Part shown: piece after piece, positions 26,078 through 38,495 of the stretch
Layout of the letters: every line of letters starts with the position of its first letter
Numbering within the stretch: position 1 is the first letter of the stretch
Assembly (NCBI RefSeq): GCF_006345805.1
Contig: NC_043020.1
Location: 744,001 to 808,000, forward strand
Origin: Octopus sinensis
Taxonomy: Eukaryota
Direction: 5' to 3'
Length of the DNA stretch: 64,000 bases
Made by a program: the position numbers and the translations under genes
The notes under the pieces: generated by a model
Told to the model about the DNA's origin: nothing
Databases searched by the model: none
Seen by the model: only the letters and a program-made list of their open reading frames with translations

Positions 26078-26528
26078 CCTTCTACTCCTACCCCTCCTCT
26101 TAGTTCATTAACTCTTTTCTTATCCTCCAACTCTCCCCTCCCCTCACCTCATCTTTTCCTTTTACCTCAGTCTGGACTTTGCCTTCTTCTCAGCTCCTTG
26201 TTTTTTTCCTTCTTTCTTCTCTCGCCGTTTCTCACGTCACTTCTTGTTTACACATGAAGCTCATGTGGTCCTGCATTCCTTATTTACAGCTAATATTTTT
26301 TTTTCATTTCTTTTTTTTTTTTTTAATTTGGATGATGTATGACTTTCCTGTCCCTCATCAATTTCTCTCCTTTCAAATTTTCCTTGAAGAAAGGCACTCT
26401 CTGACGCATTGGATTTTCCCATTCCTCACAGCGATTCCACTGTCCTCTTTTTATCAATTTTACTGCATAATAGAAGTGCTGCCAACACAAACCAACACTC
26501 GCTGCTTTGGAGGCTGTGTGATCACACA

Positions 26529-26568
<40 letters not shown>

Positions 26569-26734
26569 TTTGAGCTCTAATTTCCTGTTTGCATCACCAA
26601 ACTTATAAACACACACACACACACACACACACACACTTAAATGTAATATTTATCTCCACTTAAAAGTGGGTGTAGTGTTAGAACACAATGTTGCATTATT
26701 TACCACGAGAGAACCTCTCAAATTGACTTGTGGT

Positions 26735-26960
26735 ACATATAAAAGGGTAATGACCCCCACCCCTCTGGTCATGACTGACCATGGGATTGCACCTAGAAAG
26801 TTCCTCTCTGAGGTACAAGTCTGGGCAAGGTTGTTCATGGAAGACCAGCAGTCGTCCATGCACACCAGCCTCTCTTCTCTATGCCGCTGAGGTTATCCAA
26901 GGAAAAGTTAGAAGCTGATACAGTTTGATGCCAGGTGTATTGCAACTCATTTCTACTGTA
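26735..26960 (-). mobile_element. CORE-type SINE fragment
   Basis: Minus strand CAGTAGAAATGAGTTGC (CORE-like end) followed by ...AACAACCTTGCCCAGACTTG...GCAATCCCATGGTCAGTCATGAC. Confidence 0.5.
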
Positions 26961-27196
26961 TCAAGTCATTACTTTAAGGCAAACTTAAGATCAAATGTCT
27001 CCTATTGATAAAATTTGATTTTCACAAATGTCTCTCTCTCTTTCTCTCTCTCTCACCCCATGGTGAAACAGAACATATATTTTGTCAGACTAAACGATTA
27101 TGGATTATATTTCTTTTCCACTCTCAGATTTACCTTTGAGTACTTTATTCTAAGTGACCAGACAGCTTCTTTTTGAACTTGTCACCCCCTGGAATA

Positions 27197-27259
<63 letters not shown>

Positions 27260-27260
27260 A

Positions 27261-27415
27261 TATAAAATATGAATTAGAGATAAAACCACTATTATGCAAC
27301 TCAAACAGTGATAGACATAAACCAATACATAAATAACAAATAATATATGTTTGGTTTATGTCTATCACTGTTTGAGTTGCCTAATAGTGGTTTTATCTCT
27401 AATTCATATTTTATA
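27261..27415. repeat. Fold-back (inverted repeat) element, ~64-bp arms, adjacent to (TA)n
   Basis: TATAAAATATGAATTAGAGATAAAACCACTATTATGCAACTCAAACAGTGATAGACATAAACCA versus its near-perfect reverse complement ending ...TCTAATTCATATTTTATA. Confidence 0.9.
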
Positions 27416-27490
27416 TATTTATACTGTGAAATTTGATTTAATACTAAATTGAATTTTTCCCTGTAAGTTTGGAGCTATACTCCCTAATAT

Positions 27491-27542
<52 letters not shown>

Positions 27543-28469
27543 AAAACAGTTTGATTCAATGATATATATTTTTTTTTTTGTGTTTGGAGAGGGTCATGCT
27601 GCCCAAACACACTCACAGATTCAATTGAACCGGTGTATGTGTTAGATATTAAGGCAGTATGACTCTCCCCAGACACAACAAAATTTGCTTCAACACAAGT
27701 ATTCACATAAAGAATCTTGCAAACCAAATACAAAAACGAAGTGTCTATGTGTGTGTATGTATATATATGTGTGTGTGTGGGTGTGGATACCTAAACATGC
27801 ACACACACACACTCACACATATGTATGCACTCAAAATGTTTTAGCAAATAAAACCCATTTATTAACTGTTTCTCAAATACTTTATTTACGGTCATCATGA
27901 TATTATTTCTCACCTATTTTGACACATTAGCATAAGATGCAAAATCCGCAGTCCTTAGTCATCTATTATATACAATAACAAAGAAAGTCACCAGCTTCTT
28001 TGTTATCGTGTGAGTCAGGGTTTTTTTTTCTTCTGCTCGGATATCCTTCCGGTCACCAGTCACCATACAATATGAACTGGGTGCATTTTAGCATGGTATC
28101 TGCACTAGAAAGACAAATATATTCTTTTATTCTTATATTTGTTTCAGTCATTTGACTGAAGCCATGCTGGAGCACCACTTTAAAGGGTTTTTAGTAGAAA
28201 AAAATTGATCCCAGGACTTATTTTTTGTAAGCCTAGTACTTATTCTATTGGTCTTTATTGCCGAACTGGCAAGTTACATGGGATGTAAACACACCAACAT
28301 TGGTCGTCAAGCAAGGGAGAGGAGCAAACAGAGACACATACACACACAAAAATATATATATATATATACATGACAGGCTTGCACCTGTGTCTCTGTGTGT
28401 GCGCACACACACACACACACACATACACACACACATATTAGGAATCAATTAGAGTGAGCAAAAGCAACC

Positions 28470-28640
28470 ATCCTGTTGGTGTCGATATATAATGTGTATC
28501 CATGATGACAAGGATGGGTGGCAAAACTTCAAGAAGTTCATGTGGAAGGGGCCAATGGAAGAGGAAGACCAAAGAAGATATGGGCAGAAGAAAGGGATCA
28601 TCTCAAGAAGCTGAATATCATACAAGAGAGTTGAAGGAAT
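28470..28640 (+). pseudogene. Decayed RTE LINE 3' coding fragment (duplicated at ~30100-30270)
   Basis: Plus strand encodes EGANGRGRPKKIWAEERDHLKKLNIIQES, the RTE C-terminal G.R.RGRP.K.W motif. Confidence 0.6.
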
Positions 28641-28940
28641 ATGTGCTAGCTTGGGAAAACATACCAAATTGAGGATTATATATTCTTTCATTTGTTTCAG
28701 TCATTTGACTGTGGCCATGCTGGAGCACTGCCTTTAGTCAAGCAAATCGACCCCAGGACTTATTCTTTGTAAACCTTAGTACTTATTCTATTGGTCTCTT
28801 TTTTGTCGAACCACTAAATTAGAGGAACGTGAACACACCAACATTGGTTGTCAAGCAATGGTGGGGGGAGACAAAAACACAGACACACAAATACACACAC
28901 ATATATGTATATATATGCATATGTGTGTGTGTGTGTATAC

Positions 28941-29095
28941 ACTAGCAGTATAGCCCGACTTTGCTCGGGATTAAGTTAGGATTATTAAGTTAATCAAGCT
29001 CTTTATTTCAAAACAAACTAAGTAACATTGACGTCAAATTTGAGTGAAACTATTTTAAAAATATGAATTATCTGCTTGACATTGTAAACTTTTAA

Positions 29096-29100
<5 letters not shown>
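28941..29100 (+). mobile_element. Helentron/HINE-type element 5' part (duplicated at 30571-30730)
   Basis: ACTAGCAGTATAG-CCCGA-CTTTGC-TCGGG: same 5' terminus and hairpin as 11508-11880, different body. Confidence 0.65.
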
Positions 29101-29173
<73 letters not shown>

Positions 29174-30917
29174 AAAACAGTTTGATTCAATGATATATAT
29201 TTTTTTTTTTGTGTTTGGAGAGGGTCATGCTGCCCAAACACACTCACAGATTCAATTGAACCGGTGTATGTGTTAGATATTAAGGCAGTATGACTCTCCC
29301 CAGACACAACAAAATTTGCTTCAACACAAGTATTCACATAAAGAATCTTGCAAACCAAATACAAAAACGAAGTGTCTATGTGTGTGTATGTATATATATG
29401 TGTGTGTGTGGGTGTGGATACCTAAACATGCACACACACACACTCACACATATGTATGCACTCAAAATGTTTTAGCAAATAAAACCCATTTATTAACTGT
29501 TTCTCAAATACTTTATTTACGGTCATCATGATATTATTTCTCACCTATTTTGACACATTAGCATAAGATGCAAAATCCGCAGTCCTTAGTCATCTATTAT
29601 ATACAATAACAAAGAAAGTCACCAGCTTTCTTTGTTATCGTGTGAGTCAGGGTTTTTTTTTCTTCTGCTCGGATATCCTTCCGGTCACCAGTCACCATAC
29701 AATATGAACTGGGTGCATTTTAGCATGGTATCTGCACTAGAAAGACAAATATATTCTTTTATTCTTATATTTGTTTCAGTCATTTGACTGAAGCCATGCT
29801 GGAGCACCACTTAAAGGGTTTTTAGTAGAAAAAAATTGATCCCAGGACTTATTTTTTGTAAGCCTAGTACTTATTCTATTGGTCTTTATTGCCGAACTGG
29901 CAAGTACATGGGATGTAAACACACCAACATTGGTCGTCAAGCAAGGGAGAGGAGCAAACAGAGACACATACACACACAAAAATATATATATATATATACA
30001 TGACAGGCTTGCACCTGTGTCTCTGTGTGTGCGCACACACACACACACACACGCATACGCACACACATATTAGGAATCAATTAGAGTGAGCAAAAGCAAC
30101 CATCCTGTTGGTGTCGATATATAATGTGTATCCATGATGACAAGGATGGGTGGCAAAACTTCAAGAAGTTCATGTGGAAGGGGCCAATGGAAGAGGAAGA
30201 CCAAAGAAGATATGGGCAGAAGAAAGGGATCATCTCAAGAAGCTGAATATCATACAAGAGAGTTGAAGGAATATGTGCTAGCTTGGGAAAACATACCAAA
30301 TTGAGGATTATATATTCTTTCATTTGTTTCAGTCATTTGACTGTGGCCATGCTGGAGCACTGCCTTTAGTCAAGCAAATCGACCCCAGGACTTATTCTTT
30401 GTAAACCTTAGTACTTATTCTATTGGTCTCTTTTTTGTCGAACCACTAAATTAGAGGAACGTGAACACACCAACATTGGTTGTCAAGCAATGGTGGGGGG
30501 AGACAAACACAGACACACAAATACACACACATATATGTATATATATGCATATGTGTGTGTGTGTGTATACACTAGCAGTATAGCCCGACTTTGCTCGGGA
30601 TTAAGTTAGGATTATTAAGTTAATCAAGCTCTTTATTTCAAAACAAACTAAGTAACATTGACGTCAAATTTGAGTGAAACTATTTTAAAAATATGAATTA
30701 TCTGCTTGACATTGTAAACTTTTAATAATATATATATATATAATCATCATCATTTAGCGCCCGCTTTCCATGCTAGGATGGGTTGGACGGTTCAACTGGG
30801 GTCTGGGAAGCCAGAAGGCTGCACCAGGCCCAGTCTGATCTGGCAATGTTGCTACAGCTGGATACCCTTCCTAATGTCAACCACTCATGAGTGTAGTGGG
30901 TGCTAAATATATATTAA

Positions 30918-31180
30918 AGAGATGTACTTGCATAGCAAGTGACCTGACCTGAGATTGTGTGCTGAAACAAAAACAATTGCAGCGTGGAAGGGGGTTTATA
31001 AGCCATTTAAAAACACAAAAACCGTTGGATTCACTTCAACATTTAAATTCAATTTGTGAAAAGGTATTTGTTCGATTTGAAACCGCGTCCTGTTCACTGA
31101 CAAAATTCTGTGCAGCACGGAATCTAATGGTTTTTGTGCGTTTTTAAATGGCTTATAAACACCCTCCACACTGCAATTAA
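30918..31180. mobile_element. Internally deleted member of the 45-kb fold-back family
   Basis: Shares the ~55-bp terminal extension (ATGTACTTGCATAGCAAGTG.CCTGA.CTGAGAT.GTGTGCT) and the arm AATTGCAGCGTGGAAG...CCTGTTCACTGACAAAA. The second arm lacks ~75 bp. Confidence 0.85.
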
Positions 31181-32113
31181 AATATGTGTGTGTGTGGCAT
31201 ATAACAACAAGAGGAAAACACATACTCACAATGGGCATGAACATGCTCAGTCCCTCATCAGTTATCGATCAAATATCATCACAGTTTCAGCACACACGCA
31301 GTTGTAGTGTGGTGGTGTGGGGGAGTAGAGGTTGTTGTGAACAGTTTTAATGCCTTATTAAATCGTTAAGATTTTATCTTTTGATTAGCCAAATCTAATA
31401 ACATGACTAAAAAGTTCCGTTACTCTATATTGTATTCCATTATTTTTATTTAAGGGGGGGAAAATATCTCTCGCTGAGATTGTTGTTTTATTGGATAGGG
31501 TTCAATTTGAAATCAAAGGCAAGGCTTTATTTGAATGTCGTCAGTAATTAACGGTGATGCTCTATCTAGCAACAGCTGTATTATTAATACCTCTTATCGT
31601 AACCAAATCGCTACTATTATATTACGGTGTGGAGGCATCTAATCCATGCCTCGCAGATACAAAATTATTGCATCTTCTGATCGAACAGAATCAATAACAA
31701 CTTTTCTTTTTGTTTTTGTTTTTTTTTTTTCCCCCCACTTGTTTGTCGTTAAATTGCAGCCATGCTGGGGCAACCACCTTGTAGGGTTTTAGTTGAACAA
31801 ATTAACCCGAGTGTTTATTTTTTTATGTCTGTCGATCTCCTATCCAAACCGCTAAGTTGCTAGGACGTAAACTACTAACACTGGTCGTCAAGTGATGGTG
31901 GAAGCAGGGACAATCATATAGACGCATACACTCGTTTGTATGTATGTATATATGTGTGTGTGTGTGTATACATACATATATATGTATATATACACATACA
32001 CATGTATATATGTATACATATATGTATATATATATGTATACATACACATGTATATATGTATATATGTATTTATATGTATACATACACATATGTATATATA
32101 TATGTATATATAT

Positions 32114-32335
32114 TTCTTTACTACCCACAAGGGGCTAAACACAGAGGGGACAAACAAGGACAGACAAAGGGATTAAGTCGACTACATCGACCCCAGTGCG
32201 TAACTGGTACTTAATTTATCGACCCCGAAAGGATGAAAGGCAAAGTCGACCTCGGCGGAATTTGAACTCGGAACGTAACGACAGACGAAATACGGCTACG
32301 AATCTCGCCCGGCGTGGTAACGTTTCTACCAGCTG
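32114..32335 (-). mobile_element. tRNA-derived SINE, family B
   Basis: Reverse complement of the family B consensus. Confidence 0.9.
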
Positions 32336-32954
32336 TATATATGTATATATATACATATACACATATGTATATATATGTATTGGTTTGTCTGGAGCTATAG
32401 TAGAAAACACTTGCCCAAAGTACTGTGCAATGGGATTGAACCCAAAATCCCACGGTTGCAAAATGAGATTCTTAACCACAGTCATTCCTGTACCTGAACA
32501 TTTATGAATATGCTCAGAATTTCGAAGTATGTCCAAGGTGCTGTGTAGTGGGACTGAACCCAAGACCTCACAGCCACATCTGCAAAGTATTTCTATTAAA
32601 AATGTATTAGTTCTCACCCAACACTAATATAAACACACTTGCACAATCACATATACATGCATGCATGTGCTATATGCACACACACATGCATATACACACT
32701 GGAACCCTCGTCGTCTTATCCGATGGAGTGCTACATTCCTATAGACTGGAATATGTAACTAATCGCTGTTGAAGCAACAATAAATACTGAAGCTAATCAG
32801 ATCAGAGCCTGGGTGACATGGCTCATGTTGGTTGGCTGCCTGCATGCCACATGGTCACAGTGGATGAGGAAGTACCTCACAGGGATGAGAACTGTCTGGG
32901 GCACTGCTTCGAGGGTTACCTAGGATGACCTGAGCAGATACTGACAAACGGTAG

Positions 32955-33185
32955 GGCGGCGAGCTGGCAGTAATGTTAGCACGCCGGGCAAAATACGTAG
33001 CTGTATTTCGTCTGTCGTTACGTTGTGAGTTCAAATTCCGCCGAGGTCAACTTTGCCTTTCATCCTTTCGGGGTTGATAAATTAAGTACCAGTTATGCAC
33101 TGGAGTCGATGTAATTGACTTAATACCTATGTCTGTCCTAGTTTGTCCCCTCTGTGTTTAGCCCCTTGTGGGTAATAAAGAAATA
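32955..33185 (+). mobile_element. tRNA-derived SINE, family B, full length
   Basis: GGCGGCGAGCTGGCAG...GAGTTCAAATTCC...GCCCCTTGTGGGTAATAAAGAAATA. Confidence 0.92.
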
Positions 33186-34411
33186 GGTAGATGCACAAGC
33201 TATGTGCCACAAGGGCACATCATATCCCCATACCAGAACTTACTTAGCCAGATCAATCATGGGTTCTCGTCACAGAAACAGAGAGAAGCCTGTGGTTTAA
33301 TTATAGTATTTACTTTTCACAGCAGGGTGTGCTTACTAAAAGCACACACTAGTAAATTTGCCTTACTGCATTACACACACACACACACACACACATGCGT
33401 GCGCACACGTAGGCAGATATCTGGATAAATGGGTGTATGTATAAATAGAGATGGATAAACATTTGACGTTTATCGAAAAAGAACGCTATTTGGATATTTG
33501 ATAATAATGGCTATTATTGGACAATATCAAATTACACCAATTTTCAGGCTTCTGTAATGAGTCAGACGCGGAGTTCTTGGAGTGATGTTCATCTCATCCT
33601 TCACGGAGATGAAGGGATGCTGATTCATGTTCCATTGATAAAACTGGTGGCGGTGGCGGCGGCGGCGGCGGTGGTGGTGAGGACAATAACCAACCAAGCA
33701 ACCAACCACAACTGTTAACACACAAAACAAAAGCCAGAAATAAAAATAAAGAACACAAGTCTGTTTCTTTGATAATGCAACGTTTTTTTATTTTTTTTAT
33801 TTTTATTTTTATTTTTATTTTTATTTTTTATTTTTTTTTAAATAACCATTTATTAGTTTAGAAATGTTGCCAAACCTATCTCTGCAGATTATGTATTAGA
33901 ATGGCATATTATCTTGGTTGATTTATTCTGTTAATACAGACCAGTTTGATCGTGGTTAATGTCCATCATCCGTAAACTACACCCTTCACTCCCATCCCAC
34001 CACCACCACCACACACTGTTGTTGTTTTTTGGTTTTGTTTGTTTGTTTTTTTTACTTCTTCTTCTTGTGTTGCCGGAACCAACTTTAGTCTCCAGACTTT
34101 CCCCAAACAATATTATTAGTTTAAGTATTAGTAGCAGGCTATACAACCAGTGTGTGGTGTCTATACACATATTTGATGGTGTAAAAGATTACACAGCATA
34201 TTAGATACATCCCAACATCTGCAGCACATATTCAGGATAAACTACCTGCATCAACTTGCTGTAAAAGCAGGTAGTAACTTTATCTTGTCCTTATTCTTGG
34301 TGCGAGTTTTGAAGAGTGCAGTTTGATATTAAGTTATTTTTTTTTTCAAAGCTATAATGGAAGTGACAAAAGAGCATATTCTGCATATTTTGCTTTATGG
34401 GTTCAATAAAA

Positions 34412-34822
34412 GCGCAGGAGTGGCTGTGTGGTAAGTAGCTTGCTAACCAAACACACATGTTTTCCGGTTCAGTCCCACTGCGTGGCATCCTGGGCAAATG
34501 TCTTCTGCTATAGCTCCCGGGCCGACCAATGCCTTGTGAGTGGATTGGTAGACGGAACTGAAAGAAGCCTATCGTATATAAGTTATATATAATATATATA
34601 AGAAGTGTGTGTGTATATGTTTGTGTGTCTGTGTTTGTCCCCTAGCTTGCTTGGACAACCGATGCTGTGTGTTTACGTCCCCGTCACTTAGCGGTTTGGC
34701 AAAAGAGAACCGATAGAATAAGTACTGGGCTTACCAATAATAAGTCCTGGGGTCGATTTGCTCGACCTAAATGCGGTGCTCCAGCATGGCCGCAGTCAAA
34801 TGATTGAAACAAGTAAAAGAGT
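34412..34822 (+). mobile_element. tRNA-derived SINE, family A, full length
   Basis: GCGCAGGAGTGGCTGTGTGGTAAGTAGC...CAAGTAAAAGAGT. Confidence 0.92.
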
Positions 34823-35063
34823 ATATGTATATATATATATACACACCACATATACATATATATATATATATGTGTGTATATAGATATATATATATATATT
34901 TGTGTATGTCTCTGTGTTTGTCTCTCTTCAATACCATTTGACAACCGGTGTGGGTGTGTTTCCGTCCCCATAACTTTGCAGTTTGGCAAAAAAGAATGTT
35001 AGAATAAGTACCAGGCTTAAAAAGTACTAGGGTTGAAACCAGTAAAAGCAAAAAGACATATAC

Positions 35064-35102
<39 letters not shown>

Positions 35103-35284
35103 TGTAAATGTGTGTGTGTATGTGTGTACATAGAGCATCTCCACACACATCCAGACAAAAGGCTAAATAATTTATAGTACAGTCTCTTTCCCATGCTCTA
35201 AGTAGCCATTTGGGTGATCAAGAGTGTTAATCAATCAATAGTCTATCATCTTTATTTATTTGAGGCAAAGCAAACTCTCCCCCT

Positions 35285-35329
<45 letters not shown>

Positions 35330-35450
35330 TGAGGAGTTGTTTTGTATTTGAGAATTTTTTTTTCCGTGTGTGTGTTTTACTTGGCAGCTGCAAGAAGTAG
35401 CTGAACATTATTCATCTGGTACTCACAGTACTTGCTATTGCAGTGGAAGT

Positions 35451-35481
<31 letters not shown>

Positions 35482-35828
35482 TTTGTACTCAATGGTGTTA
35501 GATAGAGCAGAATAATGTTTGGTCTGAGTATGCATGAGTTGTTACCTGGAGATTTTTCATTCCTGTTTTTTACCTTCATGCCAGACTCTGCACAAGAAGC
35601 TGGATGGGCCTTACACGAATTCAGCTTTAAATAAATAATACATGTGTATGAGGGAGAGAGAGAGAGAGAGAGGTGGGGAGAGTGTGTATGTGTGTGTACT
35701 GGACGTACTATAAAGTGGTTGGTATTAGGAAGGGCATCAAGTAGACATTGATGCATAATACAGATATATATATATCAGAAATACTAAATTTCTAAATCTC
35801 TCGTAGAGACATGTACGGTGGTGGGGCG

Positions 35829-35943
35829 ATAGAATGGTTGTATACTGTCAATCAACATGAACGTGACAGTAGGGGGCTAAACAGTGGTGGTGTACCTCCT
35901 ACTGTCACGTTCGTGTTAGATTGACAGTATACAACCATTCTAT
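35829..35943. repeat. Small fold-back element, ~47-bp arms
   Basis: ATAGAATGGTTGTATACTGTCAATC-AACATGAACGTGACAGTAGG / CCTACTGTCACGTTCGTGTTAGATTGACAGTATACAACCATTCTAT. Confidence 0.9.
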
Positions 35944-35968
35944 ATATATATATGTATCTGTAAAATAA

Positions 35969-36200
35969 TATGTGACAATTATTTGGTAGCCAAGATAAAA
36001 CTCTGAGTTTCGTATGCCAAGGTGGAAATCCACACCACCATCTCTTCGGTTACCTGGCTGTCTTTTTCGAAATCTTCCAAGGCTTTAATCTTGGGAGGGA
36101 ATCTTTTAGATTTTATACGAAGAGATGGTGGTGGTGTGGATTTCCACCTCGGCATCCGAAACTCAGAGTTTTATCTTGGCTACCGAATAATTGTCACATA
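35969..36200. mobile_element. Fold-back element, ~80-bp arms; each arm is a hammerhead-like fold reading outward
   Basis: TATGTGACAATTATTTGGTAGCCAAGATAAAACTCTGAGTTTCG...CCATCTCTTCG versus its reverse complement ending GTCACATA. Left arm, minus strand (35994-36054): GGTAA-CCGAAGA-GATG...CATAC-GAAAC-TCAGA-GT-T-TTATC. Confidence 0.8.
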
Positions 36201-36396
36201 TACATTTACAGATAAATTCCTCTATTTACATAATATTGAGGTCCCTTTCTTTCTTTTGTTATTTCACCGTTTTTACCAATATATATATATATATATAGAT
36301 GGATAGATAGATGGTTGCAGTATGGCCAAATGGTTTAGCTGTTTTGATTCAGAATCACAAAACCCTTTGCTAGATTTCTTTTGTTTGGAACCTTAA

Positions 36397-36610
36397 CTCT
36401 TTCGTTACTAACCCAGCCAAAACTGGCTCTGGCACTTATGTCTTGTTTTCATAAGTTTTGAATTAAAATCTTCCACCAAGCCTTGGTCACAATTTATGTT
36501 CCAAACACTAGCTTAATGATAACCAAGTTATTTTACAAAATTCTTTATTATATTTAAAATTAATTGAAAGAAACACAGAGCATCTCAAAATAGATACAGT
36601 AACGAAAGGG
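36397..36610. mobile_element. piggyBac-type MITE
   Basis: TTAA|CTCTTTCGTTAC ... GTAACGAAAGGG|TTAA: 12-bp TIRs (one mismatch) and a TTAA target duplication. Confidence 0.85.
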
Positions 36611-37290
36611 TTAAACAACCATGGTTTACCGCAGCCCCGAATCAATCTGAACACTGCAATAAGAAGCTGGGTTGACAGAAGATGTCGCATGAGTTCTTTG
36701 GATGAACTGTAACTACAATTCAAAGCGTACCTTCCTTTGCACACACACACACACATGCAACTTGTCATGCTAGTTCTTCTTGAGGATAACATTAAAGGTT
36801 ATACCTGTTTGTGGAATTCAATGAGCTCAGGTAATCAAACAAGTGAAATAGCCTTTGTCAAAACCGAATGCGATCCATTTACTTAACATATACGTGTGGC
36901 TGTGTGTATATACATCTATGTGTATGTGTGTGTGTGTATATAAATATACTAACACATGCATATATATGCACATGCGTTAGCACACACCTAAACGTATGTA
37001 AAGAATTGTTAATTATGAAGCGCCATCAGAATCAATGTTATTCCATTGTGGTATTAATGTACTTGTGCAGCTTTGTACTAATATGGATTATAAATTAAAG
37101 GCAATGATATGGATTCCATTCTGGTTTGTCCATATTTATGAAAAAGCATAACTTTGATCTATTTACATACACTACGGTGATGTGGTGCTGGTGGTAGTGG
37201 TTGTGGTGGACAGCTTGTTGCAGTGCTGTAGTTTCCATTAAGCGACATTAGTAACTTAGTTTCAGTTACTTCGTCACAAATGTTTTCGAC

Positions 37291-37701
37291 TCTCTTTACT
37301 CTCTTTTACTCTCTTTTACTTGTTTCAGTCATTTGACTGCGGCCATGCTGGAGCACCGCCTTTAGTCGAGCAAATCGACCCCGGGACTTATTCTTTTTGT
37401 AAGCCCAGTACTTATTCTATCGGTCTCTTTTGCCGAACCGCTAAGTTACGGGGACATAAACACACCAGCATCGGTTGTCAAGCAATGCTAGGGGAACAAA
37501 CACAGACACACAAACACACACACGCATATATATATACATATATAAACGGGTTCTTTTCAGTTTCGTCTACCAAATCTACTCACAAGGCTTTGGTCGGCCC
37601 GAGGTATAGTAGAAGACACTTGCCCAAGGTGCCACGCAGTGGGACTGAACCGGAACCATGTGGTGGTAAACAAGCTACTTACCACACAGCCACTCCTCTG
37701 C
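37291..37701 (-). mobile_element. tRNA-derived SINE, family A, full length
   Basis: Reverse complement of the family A consensus with a (CTCTTTTA)n tail. Confidence 0.93.
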
Positions 37702-38084
37702 CTCTGAGAAAGAAATTAATGCCAAAACAGCCTCCACCTTCTGTCTCAGCTACGACATGATGTCAAGTGAAATGTCTTTTTCCGTCTTTTACTTATTACA
37801 GGCATTGAACTGCAGCCATGCTGGAGCACTGCCTTGCAGGGTTTAGTTAGTCGAGCAAATTGATCCCAGCACTCTTTTTTTTTTTTAGTTTTATACTTGT
37901 TTTATTAACCTCTTTTTTTAACCAAATCACTAAGGGGACATAAACAAACCAACACCAGTTGTCAAGTGGGGAAGAGGGGGACAAACACAGATCCACATAA
38001 TGCACACACACACATCTGTATCTATTTATCTATATCAATCTACTTATCTATATATATATGTGTGTGTATATATATATATATATC

Positions 38085-38495
38085 ATCATCATCATCATCA
38101 TCATTTAGCGTCCGTTCTCCATGCTAGCATGGGTTGGACGGTTCAACTGGGGTCTGTGAAGCTGGAAGGCTTCATCAGGCCCAGTCAGATCTGGCAGTGT
38201 TTCTACGGCTGGATGCCCTTCCTATATTTATGCCAGTGCCTGGCTCATATGCCAGCTGCACGTAAAATGCACCATCCAAACGTGGTCGATGCCAGTGCCC
38301 CCTGACTGGCCCCCGTGTCGGTGGCATGTAAAAGCAGCCACTACACTCTCAGAGTGGTTGGCGTTAGGAAGGGCATCCAGCTGGGGAAACATTACCAGAT
38401 CAGATTGGAGCCTGGTGCAGCCCACCAGCTTCCCAGACCTCAGTCAAATCGTCCAACCCATGCCAGCATGGAAAGTGGACGTTAAACAATGATGA
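38085..38495. mobile_element. Inverted pair of RTE-type short elements (tails outward)
   Basis: A minus copy at 38085-38224 and a plus copy at ~38290-38495; the ~135-bp tail regions are reverse complements. Confidence 0.8.

Larger units (their letters stand above)
27487..30730. repeat. Near-identical tandem duplication, unit ~1.63 kb (27487-29100 / 29101-30730)
   Basis: ATCAAAACAGTTTG lies at 27540 and 29171; ATTGTAAACTTTTAATAATA ends at 29100 and 30730. Identical ORFs 28449..28691 and 30081..30323. Differences are mostly 1-bp indels. Confidence 0.95.

Noticed and set aside
33548-33700. Possible exon with a (GGC)n tract after TTTTCAG
   Set aside because: The one open frame resembles no protein I recognise, and the repeat explains the GC content.
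35829-35943. Hammerhead reading of the small fold-back (CTGTCAA...GAACGTGAC)
   Set aside because: Too many core mismatches and no consistent stems.
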